Source: an uncultured Alphaproteobacteria bacterium
Lineage (GTDB): Bacteria; Pseudomonadota; Alphaproteobacteria; Rhizobiales; Hyphomicrobiaceae
Direction: 5' to 3'
DNA: 64,000 bases
Assembly (NCBI GenBank): GCA_963699485.1
Contig: CAVOUC010000018.1
Coordinates: 11,056 to 75,055, forward strand
Shown: positions 8,844 through 17,882 of the stretch, one piece after another
Position numbering within the stretch: the stretch's first letter is position 1
How the letters are laid out: every line of letters begins with the position of its first letter
The notes under the pieces: model-generated
Seen by the model: the letters and a program-made list of their open reading frames with translations, nothing else
Told to the model about the DNA's origin: nothing
Database searches by the model: none
Made by a program: the position numbers and the translations under genes

Positions 8844-9511
8844 TATATGGGGAATGCTCAATGGTTTTACATCAGCCAAGCGGTTTCGTCATCACGCCTT
8901 ATCGCGCCCGCTTGTCGGCCTCGTCCGCTATAACCGTCCTCAATCGTCTTCCCTATTAGTATTCGTACGATTTTGCGCCTTTCCCAATGAAGGTGTGGAC
9001 GGCAGGTTTACCCCAACTCGCGGACGTGACGCTTTCGACAGCTTGCCAGCCGGCCATCGCAGCTGATCAACACGAGAAAGAGAGAAAAATCCTTCGCCGC
9101 CGGAGAGGTTGCGCGCGGGCCGGCTGGAAGGGGGCGGGCTGTCTCTCTCTCTCTCTCTTGACGGTTCTTTGGGTCCCATCAGCGCGAAGAGCGCCCCGGG
9201 GGGCCTCAATAGAAAATGAGCTGCGCGCGTTTGCTCGAGTGGCCAAGCGTAACGATCCGCAAGATGGGTTCCCTTGGAGACAACCCCGGGGCGGGGTCGG
9301 CGTGGTGCTGGCACGCAAGAAGAGGAACGGGACTCCCGCGGGGGGGCGGCGGCACCCGTCCCCACGGCCCGATCGGCTCTTTGCCCGATGTTGGCATCTA
9401 AGATCGTGATTTAAGTTGACGCGACAACGGACTGAAACCGATTGGAATATTTCCGAAGATATGTTCTTATTGCTCAAACAAACAGAACGAATTCTATTGG
9501 TATTACGAGCA

Positions 9512-10228
9512 ATGACCGGCGCAACGAAGAAACGAACGACACGCAACTCGGCGAGGATCAGCGCCGTCGGCTATCTGCGCACCTCGAGCGCCACGAACGT
9601 CGGCGGCGACAAGGACTCCGACAAGCGTCAACGCGCAGCCATTCAGCGCTTCTGCAAAGCCGCCGACTACGTCATTGCAGACGAAGATTGGTTCTACGAT
9701 CCGGGGGTCTCGGGGGCTGACCCGCTCGGCACTAGGCCAGGCTGGGCGGCACTCATGGAGCGAATCATCACGAATGGCGTGCGCACGGTCATCGTTGAGG
9801 ACGCCAGCCGCTTTGCCCGCGAGCTGATGGTGCAAGAGCAGGGCATTCTCGAGTTGCGCAAGGCGGGCGTATCGGTGTTGACGGCCTCCGGAGACGACCT
9901 GACGGCCTCAAACGACCCGGGACGCACGATGATCCGGCAGATCATGGGGTCATTCAGTGAGTACGAGAAGGCGCGTCTCGTGGCCAAGCTCAAGAGCGCG
10001 CGGGATCGGAAGATAGCCGAGACTGGCCGATGTGGCGGGCGCCGCGCCCTGTCAGAGGCAAACCCTGCGGCGCTCAAACTGGCACGCAGGCTGCGGCGGG
10101 CGAACCCCGTCTCCGGCAAGCGCATGAGCTTTCGTGATATCGCCGCGAAGCTGGCCGAGGCAGGTCACACGGCCGCGAGCGGTAAGCCGTTGTCGCCGAG
10201 CGTCGTGAAGAGGCTGCTCGGGGATTAA
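9512..10228 (+). CDS. Serine recombinase (resolvase/invertase family)
   Basis: AVGYLRTSS (catalytic Ser), DPGVSG, RPG, EDASRFAR motifs; C-terminal basic/HTH-like tail. Confidence 0.9.
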   Translation: MTGATKKRTTRNSARISAVGYLRTSSATNVGGDKDSDKRQRAAIQRFCKAADYVIADEDWFYDPGVSGADPLGTRPGWAALMERIITNGVRTVIVEDASRFARELMVQEQGILELRKAGVSVLTASGDDLTASNDPGRTMIRQIMGSFSEYEKARLVAKLKSARDRKIAETGRCGGRRALSEANPAALKLARRLRRANPVSGKRMSFRDIAAKLAEAGHTAASGKPLSPSVVKRLLGD

Positions 10229-10272
10229 GATGGAACGCCGCGCCGGCAAGCCTCGGCCTCAGGCCGAGCGCG

Positions 10273-10491
10273 ATGGCCGCGTGCGTCGCCAACGGGAAGC
10301 TCTTCGTCCTCTGTGGGAAGGGGACATTCGAGGAGCTTCCCCGCGAGGTACGTCAACTTGGACCATGGGCGGGCGCGCGTGAGGGCGACGTGACGCGAAC
10401 TCAGTATCGGACGTTACTCGCCGAGCAGGGCTTCGTGCTGATTTACTGCTCCGCAGTCGCATTCGACCCGGAGGTCATTCGAGCAACCTGA
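10273..10491 (+). CDS. Small hypothetical protein
   Basis: 72-aa ORF filling the gap between the two recombinases. Confidence 0.35.
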   Translation: MAACVANGKLFVLCGKGTFEELPREVRQLGPWAGAREGDVTRTQYRTLLAEQGFVLIYCSAVAFDPEVIRAT

Positions 10492-10504
10492 CGCGATCCC
10501 GGCA

Positions 10505-11695
10505 CTACTTCTCGCCGACGATGCGCATCAACTCGCGATCCCAGCGCTCAAGCGCGTCGCGCTTGTGAGGCTGGTACTCCGAGCGGTCGTAAATGTCTCC
10601 GGCGTTGCCCATGCCCGAATGATCTTGCACCGCATCGGCGTAGTCGCGGGGGATGCCAGCATCCACCATCATCGTCTTGACCGCGCCGCGCAGATCGTGG
10701 AGGCGCGCATCTTCGATGCCGAGGACGCGCATGAGCCGAGCAAATGCGCTCGTGAGGTTGTCCGCAGACATCGGTGCGTCTTTGGCAAGCGTTCGGTTCG
10801 GGAAAACGAAACGAGAGTTCCGCGCCAGCGACACGGCCTCATCAAGCAACTTGCGGGCAAGTGGCGTAAGCGGCAGCACGTGAGGAACAGGCTTCGAGCC
10901 GATGCGCCACTTCTTGCGTCGCTCACCGCGCATTGCGAACAAGGGCTTCTTGGCGTCGAGTTCGCCACGCTCCATCTCGACGATCTCAGCGCGGCGAAGC
11001 CCGAGTAACAACAGTAGCTGTATCGCAATCTGCTGCTGGCGGCCGAGCCGCGCGCTTCCGTGCCAAACGCTGCGAATCTCGTCCTCTGTCAGCTTGCGAG
11101 AACGATGCTTGAGCGGTTTGCGCCTCGGGATGCCGAGCGTTGGATTGCTGTTGCAGCGCCCGACGCTGATGCCCCATTTGAAGGTGGCGCCGATGAGGGC
11201 GTGCGCGAGACGCGTCTGACTTCGCGTCGAGTTGGCCTCGATTGTTTCGAGCGCCCTCACGATGGTCGCCGTGCTGATCTCGTTGACGGGCGTAGAGCCA
11301 AGCACACCAACGATGTGCCGCTCGTATAGCGCCTCATCGCTCCCCCAGGAGCGCCGCTCAAGCTTCCTGAATTTCTCAAGGTGGTCGCGAAAGAGCGTGT
11401 CGAACGACTCCGAAGGCGCGGACCTCGGATCGGCAACCGCTCCGACGTGCTCCTTGGCTTGCTCGATTGCGCGCCCTAGGCTGATCGAGCGCGCGGGGCC
11501 GAGCGTCCGCCAAACTCGCTTACGTGCTTCGCCTCGTCCTCGCTGCGCATAGACGCGCCATACGCGGCGGCCAGTCGGCGCGATCTCAAGAACGAGCCCG
11601 TCCGTGTCCTCGATCCTGATGCGCTCGGCACTCATGCCGTCGCCTTGATACTTGGCGGCATCAATCGAGCGTTGATTCTTGGGTAACGTCCGCAT
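10505..11695 (-). CDS. Tyrosine recombinase/integrase, P4-like with N-terminal arm-binding domain
   Basis: DTDGLVLEIAPTGRRVW arm domain; catalytic GLRRAE (R), LHDLRG (HxxR), QDH and DIYDRS (Y). Confidence 0.93.
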   Translation of the reverse strand: MRTLPKNQRSIDAAKYQGDGMSAERIRIEDTDGLVLEIAPTGRRVWRVYAQRGRGEARKRVWRTLGPARSISLGRAIEQAKEHVGAVADPRSAPSESFDTLFRDHLEKFRKLERRSWGSDEALYERHIVGVLGSTPVNEISTATIVRALETIEANSTRSQTRLAHALIGATFKWGISVGRCNSNPTLGIPRRKPLKHRSRKLTEDEIRSVWHGSARLGRQQQIAIQLLLLLGLRRAEIVEMERGELDAKKPLFAMRGERRKKWRIGSKPVPHVLPLTPLARKLLDEAVSLARNSRFVFPNRTLAKDAPMSADNLTSAFARLMRVLGIEDARLHDLRGAVKTMMVDAGIPRDYADAVQDHSGMGNAGDIYDRSEYQPHKRDALERWDRELMRIVGEK

Positions 11696-11939
11696 GAAGG
11701 TGTCCCCCTGCAGCCGTTACTGAGTAACCTGATTTGGTCTTCCGCGTCTACCTCCTCTCTACCAGCGACGCAGTTGATGACGACGCGCGTCACGTGCACA
11801 ACGACGCAATGCGAACGAGAAACGATATCAGTTCCGCGACGAAACAGATTGATTATGCGTAGATAATAGTTGTAGGTGGCGCGTCGTTGTGCGTCGTCGT
11901 TCGCGCCTTGCGCCAGAAGTCAATCAGCCGTACTATGAG

Positions 11940-11979
11940 ATTTTGAGTTTGCCGCGTCTACCGATTCCGCCACAGAGGC
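11940..11979 (-). tRNA. 5' half of tRNA-Leu(CAA), truncated after the anticodon loop (att site)
   Basis: Minus strand GCCTCTG-TG-GCGGAATCGGTAGACGC-G-GCAAA-CTCAAAA-T; anticodon CAA at 11945-11943; no variable arm, T-arm (GGTTCGA) or 3' acceptor strand follows. Confidence 0.85.
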
Positions 11980-12074
11980 CAGCGTCTTAGGGACGAGGTG
12001 GGCACTATAGCCGCGGCGCCTTCCCCGTCAACGGACGGAGAATGGCGGGCGGGCCACGCGAGCCGACCTTGCGG

Positions 12075-12425
12075 CTATCTCCAGGAGAACGTGACGCGCC
12101 CCGAGCCGTGCACGTGCTCGGCAACCTCGACGTGGTCGCCGACGTGTGGATCGGTCGTCTTCAGCGCCATCACATGCACAACCCGCCCGTCGCCGAGCGT
12201 CACATCGACTGCGAGCCCTTCCTCGATGCTTTTCGTGCTGGTTCCGCTGAGCGGCCCGACGTAAGAAACCACACCCGGCACGTGGTGCGTCTCCACGTTG
12301 GCATCGAGACCGGTGAGCCAAAAGCCGCCCGCGACGAAAAGGAGGACGGCCACGGCGCCCCCGATCCATTTCGCGCGTTGGAGGAGGAGTGCTCGCTCGA
12401 GCCGCCGGCGGGTATCCTCGCGCAT
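12075..12425 (-). CDS. Single-pass membrane protein with a small beta-rich C-terminal domain
   Basis: Hydrophobic stretch WIGGAVAVLLFVAGGFWL; starts 11 bp after the protease stop. Confidence 0.7.
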   Translation of the reverse strand: MREDTRRRLERALLLQRAKWIGGAVAVLLFVAGGFWLTGLDANVETHHVPGVVSYVGPLSGTSTKSIEEGLAVDVTLGDGRVVHVMALKTTDPHVGDHVEVAEHVHGSGRVTFSWR

Positions 12426-12436
12426 GCGCGCATCCC

Positions 12437-13813
12437 TCAGATGACGAAGAAGTCGGAACCGTTTACCGGCAGTTTCGTGCCGAGCGTCGCGAACATGATC
12501 TGCGCCGCTCCGCCGATCCCGTCGGGATCGTAGTAGAGAACTCCCTGCGAGCCGGCGTAGATGATGCGGTCATTCGCGTCGTGCGCGCTCGCACCGACGT
12601 GGAACGCGCCCGGCGCGAGCGCGCCCGGCGTCGCCTGAAGCTTGGTGAAGACCGCGTTGTCGAGCCGGATCGTGTCGTACGTATGGTTGAAGTCGATGAT
12701 GTGGTCCACGTTCGAGGCCTGCGAAAGGGCCGCGTTGAACACGAAGATGTCGAGCCCGGCCCCGCCCCCCAGAGTGTCCTTGCCGGGCCCGCCGTTCAAG
12801 ATGTCGTTGCCGGCATTGCCTTTCAAAGTGTCGTTGCCGCCCTGGCCGGCGAGCGTGTTCGCCTGCGGGTTGCCGTTTAACGTATCGCTGCCGGCGCCGC
12901 CCACCGCGCTCTCGATGTAGCTATTGGGACCGATGCAGACGGTATTGCGGCTCGAGTGACCGCCACCGAAATCGATCGACCGGCCAAGAGAGGAGAAGTT
13001 GCCGATCGTGAGATTAATGACGCAGCCGGCGGTTCCGTTGTAGACGATCTTGTCGATGCCGCCGGCGTCGTCGATCGTCTGAAAGTACGTGTTGGCGCCG
13101 TTGAAGGTGTAGGTGGTGTTGCCCGCATTGTGAGAGGGGTTGCGGCCGTAAAGAGCCTGGATTGCGACCAGGTCGTAGTACATCGGCGTCGTGGGAAAGA
13201 ACGTGGCATAATTGCTGTCCGTCCACGGCGAGGCCGTGTAGCTCATGATCGTGAAGAAGTAGTTGTCCTGCGCGGCGGGAATGGCGTTAGGGCTCTCGAA
13301 GGAATGCTTGAAACCGAGCGCGTGGCCGATCTCGTGCAGGATCGTCTGGAAGTCGTCGCTGCCGACGGCAATGTTCGCGAGGCCGCTCGGGTTGAAGTTG
13401 TCCCAGCTGAACCAAACGTCGCCGGCCTCAGGATTCGAGCTCGGAAGGTAGGCGTGCGCGGCCGCCTCAGGACTGATCACCTTCGTATAGGCGAAGCGCA
13501 ATTCACCGACGGTCGAGTTGTTGTCGGAAACCTCGGTGAAGCCCAGATTGGCGACGCTGCTCCAAGCGGCCAGTGCTTTTCTTACTGCCGCACGCTCGCC
13601 ATCCGATATGGCCAACCAGTTGCCCCATTCTCCCTCGCCATAGCCCGTCGAGTGCCAACCGCTGTTCGGGCCTCGTGGAAAGCTGTAGGTCAGTGTCACG
13701 CCTGTCCCCAAGCCGCCGCCCCACTTCTCGCCATCAGCAACATAGCGGCCGAAGCCGGTCGCCGCCGGATCGATGTAAGTGACAGGAACGGAATTGGAGG
13801 TTGGGGTAGCCAT
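12437..13813 (-). CDS. Serralysin-like M10 zinc metalloprotease with RTX Ca-binding repeats
   Basis: HEIGHALGFKH zinc motif, TIMSY Met-turn, GGAGSDTL/GQGGNDTL/GNAGNDIL/GGPGKDTL nonapeptides, no N-terminal signal peptide. Confidence 0.92.
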   Translation of the reverse strand: MATPTSNSVPVTYIDPAATGFGRYVADGEKWGGGLGTGVTLTYSFPRGPNSGWHSTGYGEGEWGNWLAISDGERAAVRKALAAWSSVANLGFTEVSDNNSTVGELRFAYTKVISPEAAAHAYLPSSNPEAGDVWFSWDNFNPSGLANIAVGSDDFQTILHEIGHALGFKHSFESPNAIPAAQDNYFFTIMSYTASPWTDSNYATFFPTTPMYYDLVAIQALYGRNPSHNAGNTTYTFNGANTYFQTIDDAGGIDKIVYNGTAGCVINLTIGNFSSLGRSIDFGGGHSSRNTVCIGPNSYIESAVGGAGSDTLNGNPQANTLAGQGGNDTLKGNAGNDILNGGPGKDTLGGGAGLDIFVFNAALSQASNVDHIIDFNHTYDTIRLDNAVFTKLQATPGALAPGAFHVGASAHDANDRIIYAGSQGVLYYDPDGIGGAAQIMFATLGTKLPVNGSDFFVI

Positions 13814-13980
13814 CCGCACTCTCCCTCAGCGCAAGAGCCCTCTGCGCGATACGCTGCCGAACGGTCTCACTCGTCGCCGGCGAAAATGAGGTTCGCAGTA
13901 GCGGCCGTCAATTGTATTGAACATAATGACAGTACGAAGATGTTGACGCTCCGCGATTCCGATGCTGGCCGGTCACAGCC

Positions 13981-14007
13981 TCGCGAGTTGCTCCCGCAAC
14001 TCCGCGA
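13981..14007. terminator. Stem-loop downstream of ecm
   Basis: TCGCG-AGTTGC-TCCC-GCAACT-C-CGCGA inverted repeat; no clear U tract. Confidence 0.45.
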
Positions 14008-14021
14008 CACACTTATGTTGG

Positions 14022-14111
14022 GCGCGGCTCCGCCGTTACTACGCTGCGCGCGGCTCCGCCACTCTTACGCTGCGCGCGGCTCCGCCACTCTTACGCTGCG
14101 CGCGGCTCCGC
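14022..14111. repeat. 26-bp tandem repeat, about 3.5 copies, overlapping the ecm stop codon
   Basis: GCGCGGCTCCGCC(A/G)(C/T)T(C/A)(T/C)TACGCTGC starting at 14022, 14048 and 14074, partial at 14100. Confidence 0.95.
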
Positions 14112-16106
14112 AGCGACAAGCCGCACGATATCGGCCATGATGTCGGTGAGCTGGAAGTCCTTGGGCGTATAGACGGCGGCGACGCCGAGCGCCTTCAAGG
14201 TCGTCGCGTCCTCGGGCGGGATGATGCCGCCGACGACGAGGGGAACGTCGGCGAGGCCTTCTTTCCTCATGCGCTCCACGACCTCGGAGACGAGGGGAAC
14301 GTGCGAGCCCGAGAGGATCGACAGGCCGACAACGTGCGCGCTCTCGTCGACGGCCGCGCGCACGATCTGGGCCGGCGTCAGCCGGATGCCCTCGTAGACG
14401 ACGTCCATGCCGCAGTCGCGGGCGCGCACCGCGATCTGCTCGGCCCCGTTCGAGTGGCCGTCGAGCCCCGGCTTCCCGACCAGGAACTTGAGGCGCCGGC
14501 CGAGCCGGGCCGAGACGTCCTCAACCGCCTGGCGCACCTCGTCGAGGCCTTTTCCCGAACGGTCGGCGGCGGCCTGCGAGACGCCCGTCGGCGCGCGATA
14601 CTCGCCGAACACGCGGCGCAGCGTCGTGCCCCATTCGCCGGTCGTGACGCCGGCCTTCGCGCAGGCGATCGACGCCTCCATGATGTTGCCGCCCTCCTTG
14701 GCGGCGGCCTCGAGATCGGCGAGTGCCTTGGCCGCCGCTTTTGCATCGCGCCGCTCGCGCCACGCCTCGAGGCTCTCCACCTGGTGAGCTTCGACTGCCG
14801 GGTCGATGACGAGGATCGCGCCTTCTCCCGCCGACAGCGGCGAGGGCTCGGTCTCCGTCCACCGGTTGACGCCGACGACGATCTGCTCCCCGCTCTCGAT
14901 CCTGGCGAGCCGCGCCGAGTTGCTCTCGACGAGCCGGCGCTTCATGTAGTCGATGGCGGCGACCGCCCCGCCCATGGCGTCGATCGTCTTGAGCTCCGCC
15001 TTCGCCTGCTCCTTGAGCTCGCCGACCTTCTTTGCGATCTCGGTCGAGCCGTCGAAGATGTCGCCGTAGTCGAGAAGATCGGTCTCGTAGGCGAGGATCT
15101 GCTGCATCCGCAGCGACCACTGCTGGTCCCAGGGTCGCGGCAACCCCAGGGCCTCGTTCCACGCCGGCAGCTGGACGGCGCGTGCACGCGCCTTCCTCGA
15201 GAGCGTGACGGCGAGCATCTCGAGCAGAATGCGGTAGACGTTGTTCTCGGGCTGCGGCTCGGTGAGGCCGAGGCTGTTCACCTGGACGCCGTAGCGGAAC
15301 AGCCGGTTCTTGGCGTCGGCGACGCCATAGCGCTCGAGCGTGATCTCGTCCCACAGCTCGACGAAGGCGCGCATCTTGCAGATCTCGGTGAGGAACCGAA
15401 GTCCGGCATTGACGAAGAACGACACGCGGCCGACCACGTTGCCGAACTCTGCCGCCGGCACCTCCCCCGACGCCTTGACCGTGTCGAGCACGGCGATCGC
15501 GGTCGCGAGCGCATAGGCGAGCTCCTGCGCCGGCGTCGCGCCCGCCTCCTGGAGGTGGTAGGAGCAAACGTTGGTCGGGTTCCACTTCGGCAGCTCGCGG
15601 CACGAGAAGACGATCGTGTCCTTGATGAGCCGGAGCGACGGCGCGGGCGGAAAGACATACGTGCCGCGCGAGAGATATTCCTTGATGATGTCGTTCTGGA
15701 TGGTGCCCGTGAGCTTGGCGCGCGAGGCGCCCTGCTCGTCGGCGAGGGCGACGTAGAGCGAGAGCAGCCAGGCCGCCGTGGCGTTGATCGTCATCGACGT
15801 GTTCATCTGCTCGAGCGGGATGCCGTCGAGCAGCGTGCGCATGTCGCCCAGGTGCGAGATCGGCACGCCAACTTTCCCGACCTCGCCCTTGGCGAGCTCG
15901 TGGTCGCTGTCGTAGCCGGTCTGGGTGGGCAGGTCGAAAGCGATCGAAAGTCCGGTCTGGCCCTTGGCCAGGTTCTTCCGGTAAAGCTCGTTCGACTTCG
16001 CCGCCGTCGAATGACCGGCGTAGGTGCGAAAGAGCCACGGCTTGTCGCGCTGCGGGGCCGCCCCCGCCGTCCGGTCCTGCCCCGCGCTCTCCTTCCGGTC
16101 AGACAT
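14091..16106 (-). CDS. ecm: Ethylmalonyl-CoA mutase (MeaA/Ecm), B12-dependent
   Basis: RDKPWLFRTYAGHSTA, GQTGLSIAFDLPTQTGYD, B12-binding KPGLDGHSNGAEQIA; fused single-chain architecture. Confidence 0.9.
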   Translation of the reverse strand: MSDRKESAGQDRTAGAAPQRDKPWLFRTYAGHSTAAKSNELYRKNLAKGQTGLSIAFDLPTQTGYDSDHELAKGEVGKVGVPISHLGDMRTLLDGIPLEQMNTSMTINATAAWLLSLYVALADEQGASRAKLTGTIQNDIIKEYLSRGTYVFPPAPSLRLIKDTIVFSCRELPKWNPTNVCSYHLQEAGATPAQELAYALATAIAVLDTVKASGEVPAAEFGNVVGRVSFFVNAGLRFLTEICKMRAFVELWDEITLERYGVADAKNRLFRYGVQVNSLGLTEPQPENNVYRILLEMLAVTLSRKARARAVQLPAWNEALGLPRPWDQQWSLRMQQILAYETDLLDYGDIFDGSTEIAKKVGELKEQAKAELKTIDAMGGAVAAIDYMKRRLVESNSARLARIESGEQIVVGVNRWTETEPSPLSAGEGAILVIDPAVEAHQVESLEAWRERRDAKAAAKALADLEAAAKEGGNIMEASIACAKAGVTTGEWGTTLRRVFGEYRAPTGVSQAAADRSGKGLDEVRQAVEDVSARLGRRLKFLVGKPGLDGHSNGAEQIAVRARDCGMDVVYEGIRLTPAQIVRAAVDESAHVVGLSILSGSHVPLVSEVVERMRKEGLADVPLVVGGIIPPEDATTLKALGVAAVYTPKDFQLTDIMADIVRLVAAEPRAA

Positions 16107-16313
16107 GCTCGCTCCTCGGCGCAGCCGGCGCCTCATTTCCCTTACTCTACCGGGGGTCGCGCGCAAGGCAAAAGCCGTTGTTGCCGCGCCTTCTGGTGAA
16201 AAATGGAGCAAGACTCAAGCCGGCAGCCAAGGTTCCGGGCGCCATCTGGACCGGGAGGTCCTTTTGTGTAGGATGCGCCCCAAATTACCCCAGCGAGAAG
16301 GAACGACTGGCTC

Positions 16314-17165
16314 ATGAACGAGCAGGCCGCGGGCAACCCAACGGCAGCCGGCACACTCATGGCGGGCAAGCGCGGCCTCATCATGGGGGTCGCCAACAAC
16401 CGCTCGATCGCCTGGGGTATCGCCAAGGCCGTTGCCGCCCAGGGCGCCGAGGTCGCCTTCAACTATCAGGGCGACGCGTTGAAGAAGCGGGTCGAGCCGC
16501 TGGCGGCCGAGCTCGGCTCGAGGCTCGTTCTCCCCTGCGACGTTACCGACAAGGCTTCCGTCGATGCGCTGTTCGCCGAGATCGGCCGCGCCTGGGGCCG
16601 GCTCGACTTCCTGGTCCATGCCATCGCCTTCTCCGACAAGAACGAGCTCGACGGCCGCTACGTCGATACGAGCGAGACGAACTTCACCCAGACGATGCTC
16701 ATCTCCTGCTACTCGCTGACCGCGCTCGCACAGCGCGCCGAGAAGCTCATGACCAACGGCGGCTCGATCGTGACGCTCACCTACTACGGCGCCGAGAAGG
16801 TCATGCCGCACTACAACGTCATGGGCGTCGCCAAGGCCGCCCTTGAGGCAAGTGTGCGCTACCTTGCGGCCGACCTCGGTAAGAACGCCATCCGCGTCAA
16901 CGCCATCTCGGCCGGGCCAATCAAGACGCTGGCCGCCTCGGGTATCGCCGACTTCCGCTATATCCTGCGCTGGAACGAATACAATTCCCCGCTCCGGCGC
17001 ACGGTGTCCCTCGACGACGTGGGCGGCGCCGGCGTCTACCTCCTCTCCGACCTGTCGAGCGGGGTCACCGGGGAAGTGCACCACGTGGACGCCGGCTACC
17101 ACATCCAGGGCATGAAGAACGAGGACGCGCCCGACATCTCGGTCGTCAAGAACGACGGCGTTTAG
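16314..17165 (+). CDS. fabI: Enoyl-ACP reductase
   Basis: GLIMGVANNRSIAWGIA, YNVMGVAKAALE, NAISAGPIKTLA. Confidence 0.97.
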   Translation: MNEQAAGNPTAAGTLMAGKRGLIMGVANNRSIAWGIAKAVAAQGAEVAFNYQGDALKKRVEPLAAELGSRLVLPCDVTDKASVDALFAEIGRAWGRLDFLVHAIAFSDKNELDGRYVDTSETNFTQTMLISCYSLTALAQRAEKLMTNGGSIVTLTYYGAEKVMPHYNVMGVAKAALEASVRYLAADLGKNAIRVNAISAGPIKTLAASGIADFRYILRWNEYNSPLRRTVSLDDVGGAGVYLLSDLSSGVTGEVHHVDAGYHIQGMKNEDAPDISVVKNDGV

Positions 17166-17171
17166 GGGGTT

Positions 17172-17284
17172 CCCTCTCCCCACCCGCGGTGGGGAGAGGG
17201 TTAGGGTGAGGGGCAGAAGCCTCGGCTGCGGCGAGTTGTGGCCCCTCACCCCGACCCTCTCCCCGTTAAAACGGGGAGAGGGGG
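17172..17284. repeat. Alphaproteobacterial palindromic (REP/RIME/CIR-like) element, copy 1
   Basis: CCCTCTCCCC-loop-GGGGAGAGGG-TTAGGGTGAGGGG...CCCCTCACC...CCCTCTCCCC-loop-GGGGAGAGGG. Confidence 0.9.
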
Positions 17285-17285
17285 A

Positions 17286-17882
17286 ATGCATGTCATGCGG
17301 GACGCAATCACGATCTACTTCGTGCGCCACGGCGAGACGGACTGGAACGCCGAGCGGCGCTACCAAGGCCAGCGCGACCTCGCGATGAACGAACGCGGCC
17401 GCGCGCAGGCGCGCCGCAACGGAGGGGCACTGCGCGTCTTTCTGCCCGACATCGCCCGCGCCGACTTCGTCGCGAGCCCGCTCGGGCGCGCGCGCGAGAC
17501 GATGGAGATCGTCCGCGGCTGCCTCGGCCTTCCCGCCGAGGGCTATCGCGTCGACGAGAGGCTCCGAGAGCTCAACTACGGCCATTGGGAAGGCGTGCTT
17601 CAGGCCGACCTGCCGGCGATCGATCCCGCGGGCCTCGCCGAGCGCGAGAAGGACCCGTTCCGCTGGCGCCCGAGTGGCGGGGAAAGCTATGCCGATCTCC
17701 TCGCACGCACCGTCGACTGGCTGAGAGACGTCACACGCGACACCGTCGTTGCCGGCCACGGCGGGGTGGGCCGCGCGCTCCGCGCGCACATCCTGGGATT
17801 GGCGCCCGTGTCGATCCCAGATCTCGAGAGCCCGCAGGACCGCGCGCTCGTGCTCGCCGCTTCGGGCATGAGGTGGATCTGA
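17286..17882 (+). CDS. Histidine phosphatase family protein
   Basis: VRHGETDWN, SPLGRARET, LRELNYGHWEG, VVAGHGG. Confidence 0.9.
   Translation: MHVMRDAITIYFVRHGETDWNAERRYQGQRDLAMNERGRAQARRNGGALRVFLPDIARADFVASPLGRARETMEIVRGCLGLPAEGYRVDERLRELNYGHWEGVLQADLPAIDPAGLAEREKDPFRWRPSGGESYADLLARTVDWLRDVTRDTVVAGHGGVGRALRAHILGLAPVSIPDLESPQDRALVLAASGMRWI

Larger units (their letters stand above)
1..11947. mobile_element. Genomic island/integrative element, right end (left end lies outside the window)
   Basis: Tyrosine integrase adjacent to a truncated tRNA-Leu(CAA), a serine recombinase, IS remnants, pseudogenes and accessory cargo; visibly less GC-rich than the flanking core. Confidence 0.75.

Noticed and set aside
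8880-9500. ORFs 8940..9365, 8987..9409 and 9067..9546
   Set aside because: Mutually overlapping, Arg/Pro/Gly-rich and without motifs; treated as non-coding.
1-11900. Other island boundary (3' half of tRNA-Leu)
   Set aside because: Scanned by eye for TGGTGCCTCTG and TTTTGAG plus T-arm patterns and found only incidental matches inside genes.
11700-11940. Group I intron interrupting tRNA-Leu
   Set aside because: The break is after the complete anticodon loop, no 3' exon follows, and the adjacent gene is an integrase; an att junction fits better.
14022-14111. Possible mini-CRISPR array
   Set aside because: The repeats are directly adjacent with no unique spacers, there are no cas genes, and the unit is simply the end of ecm.
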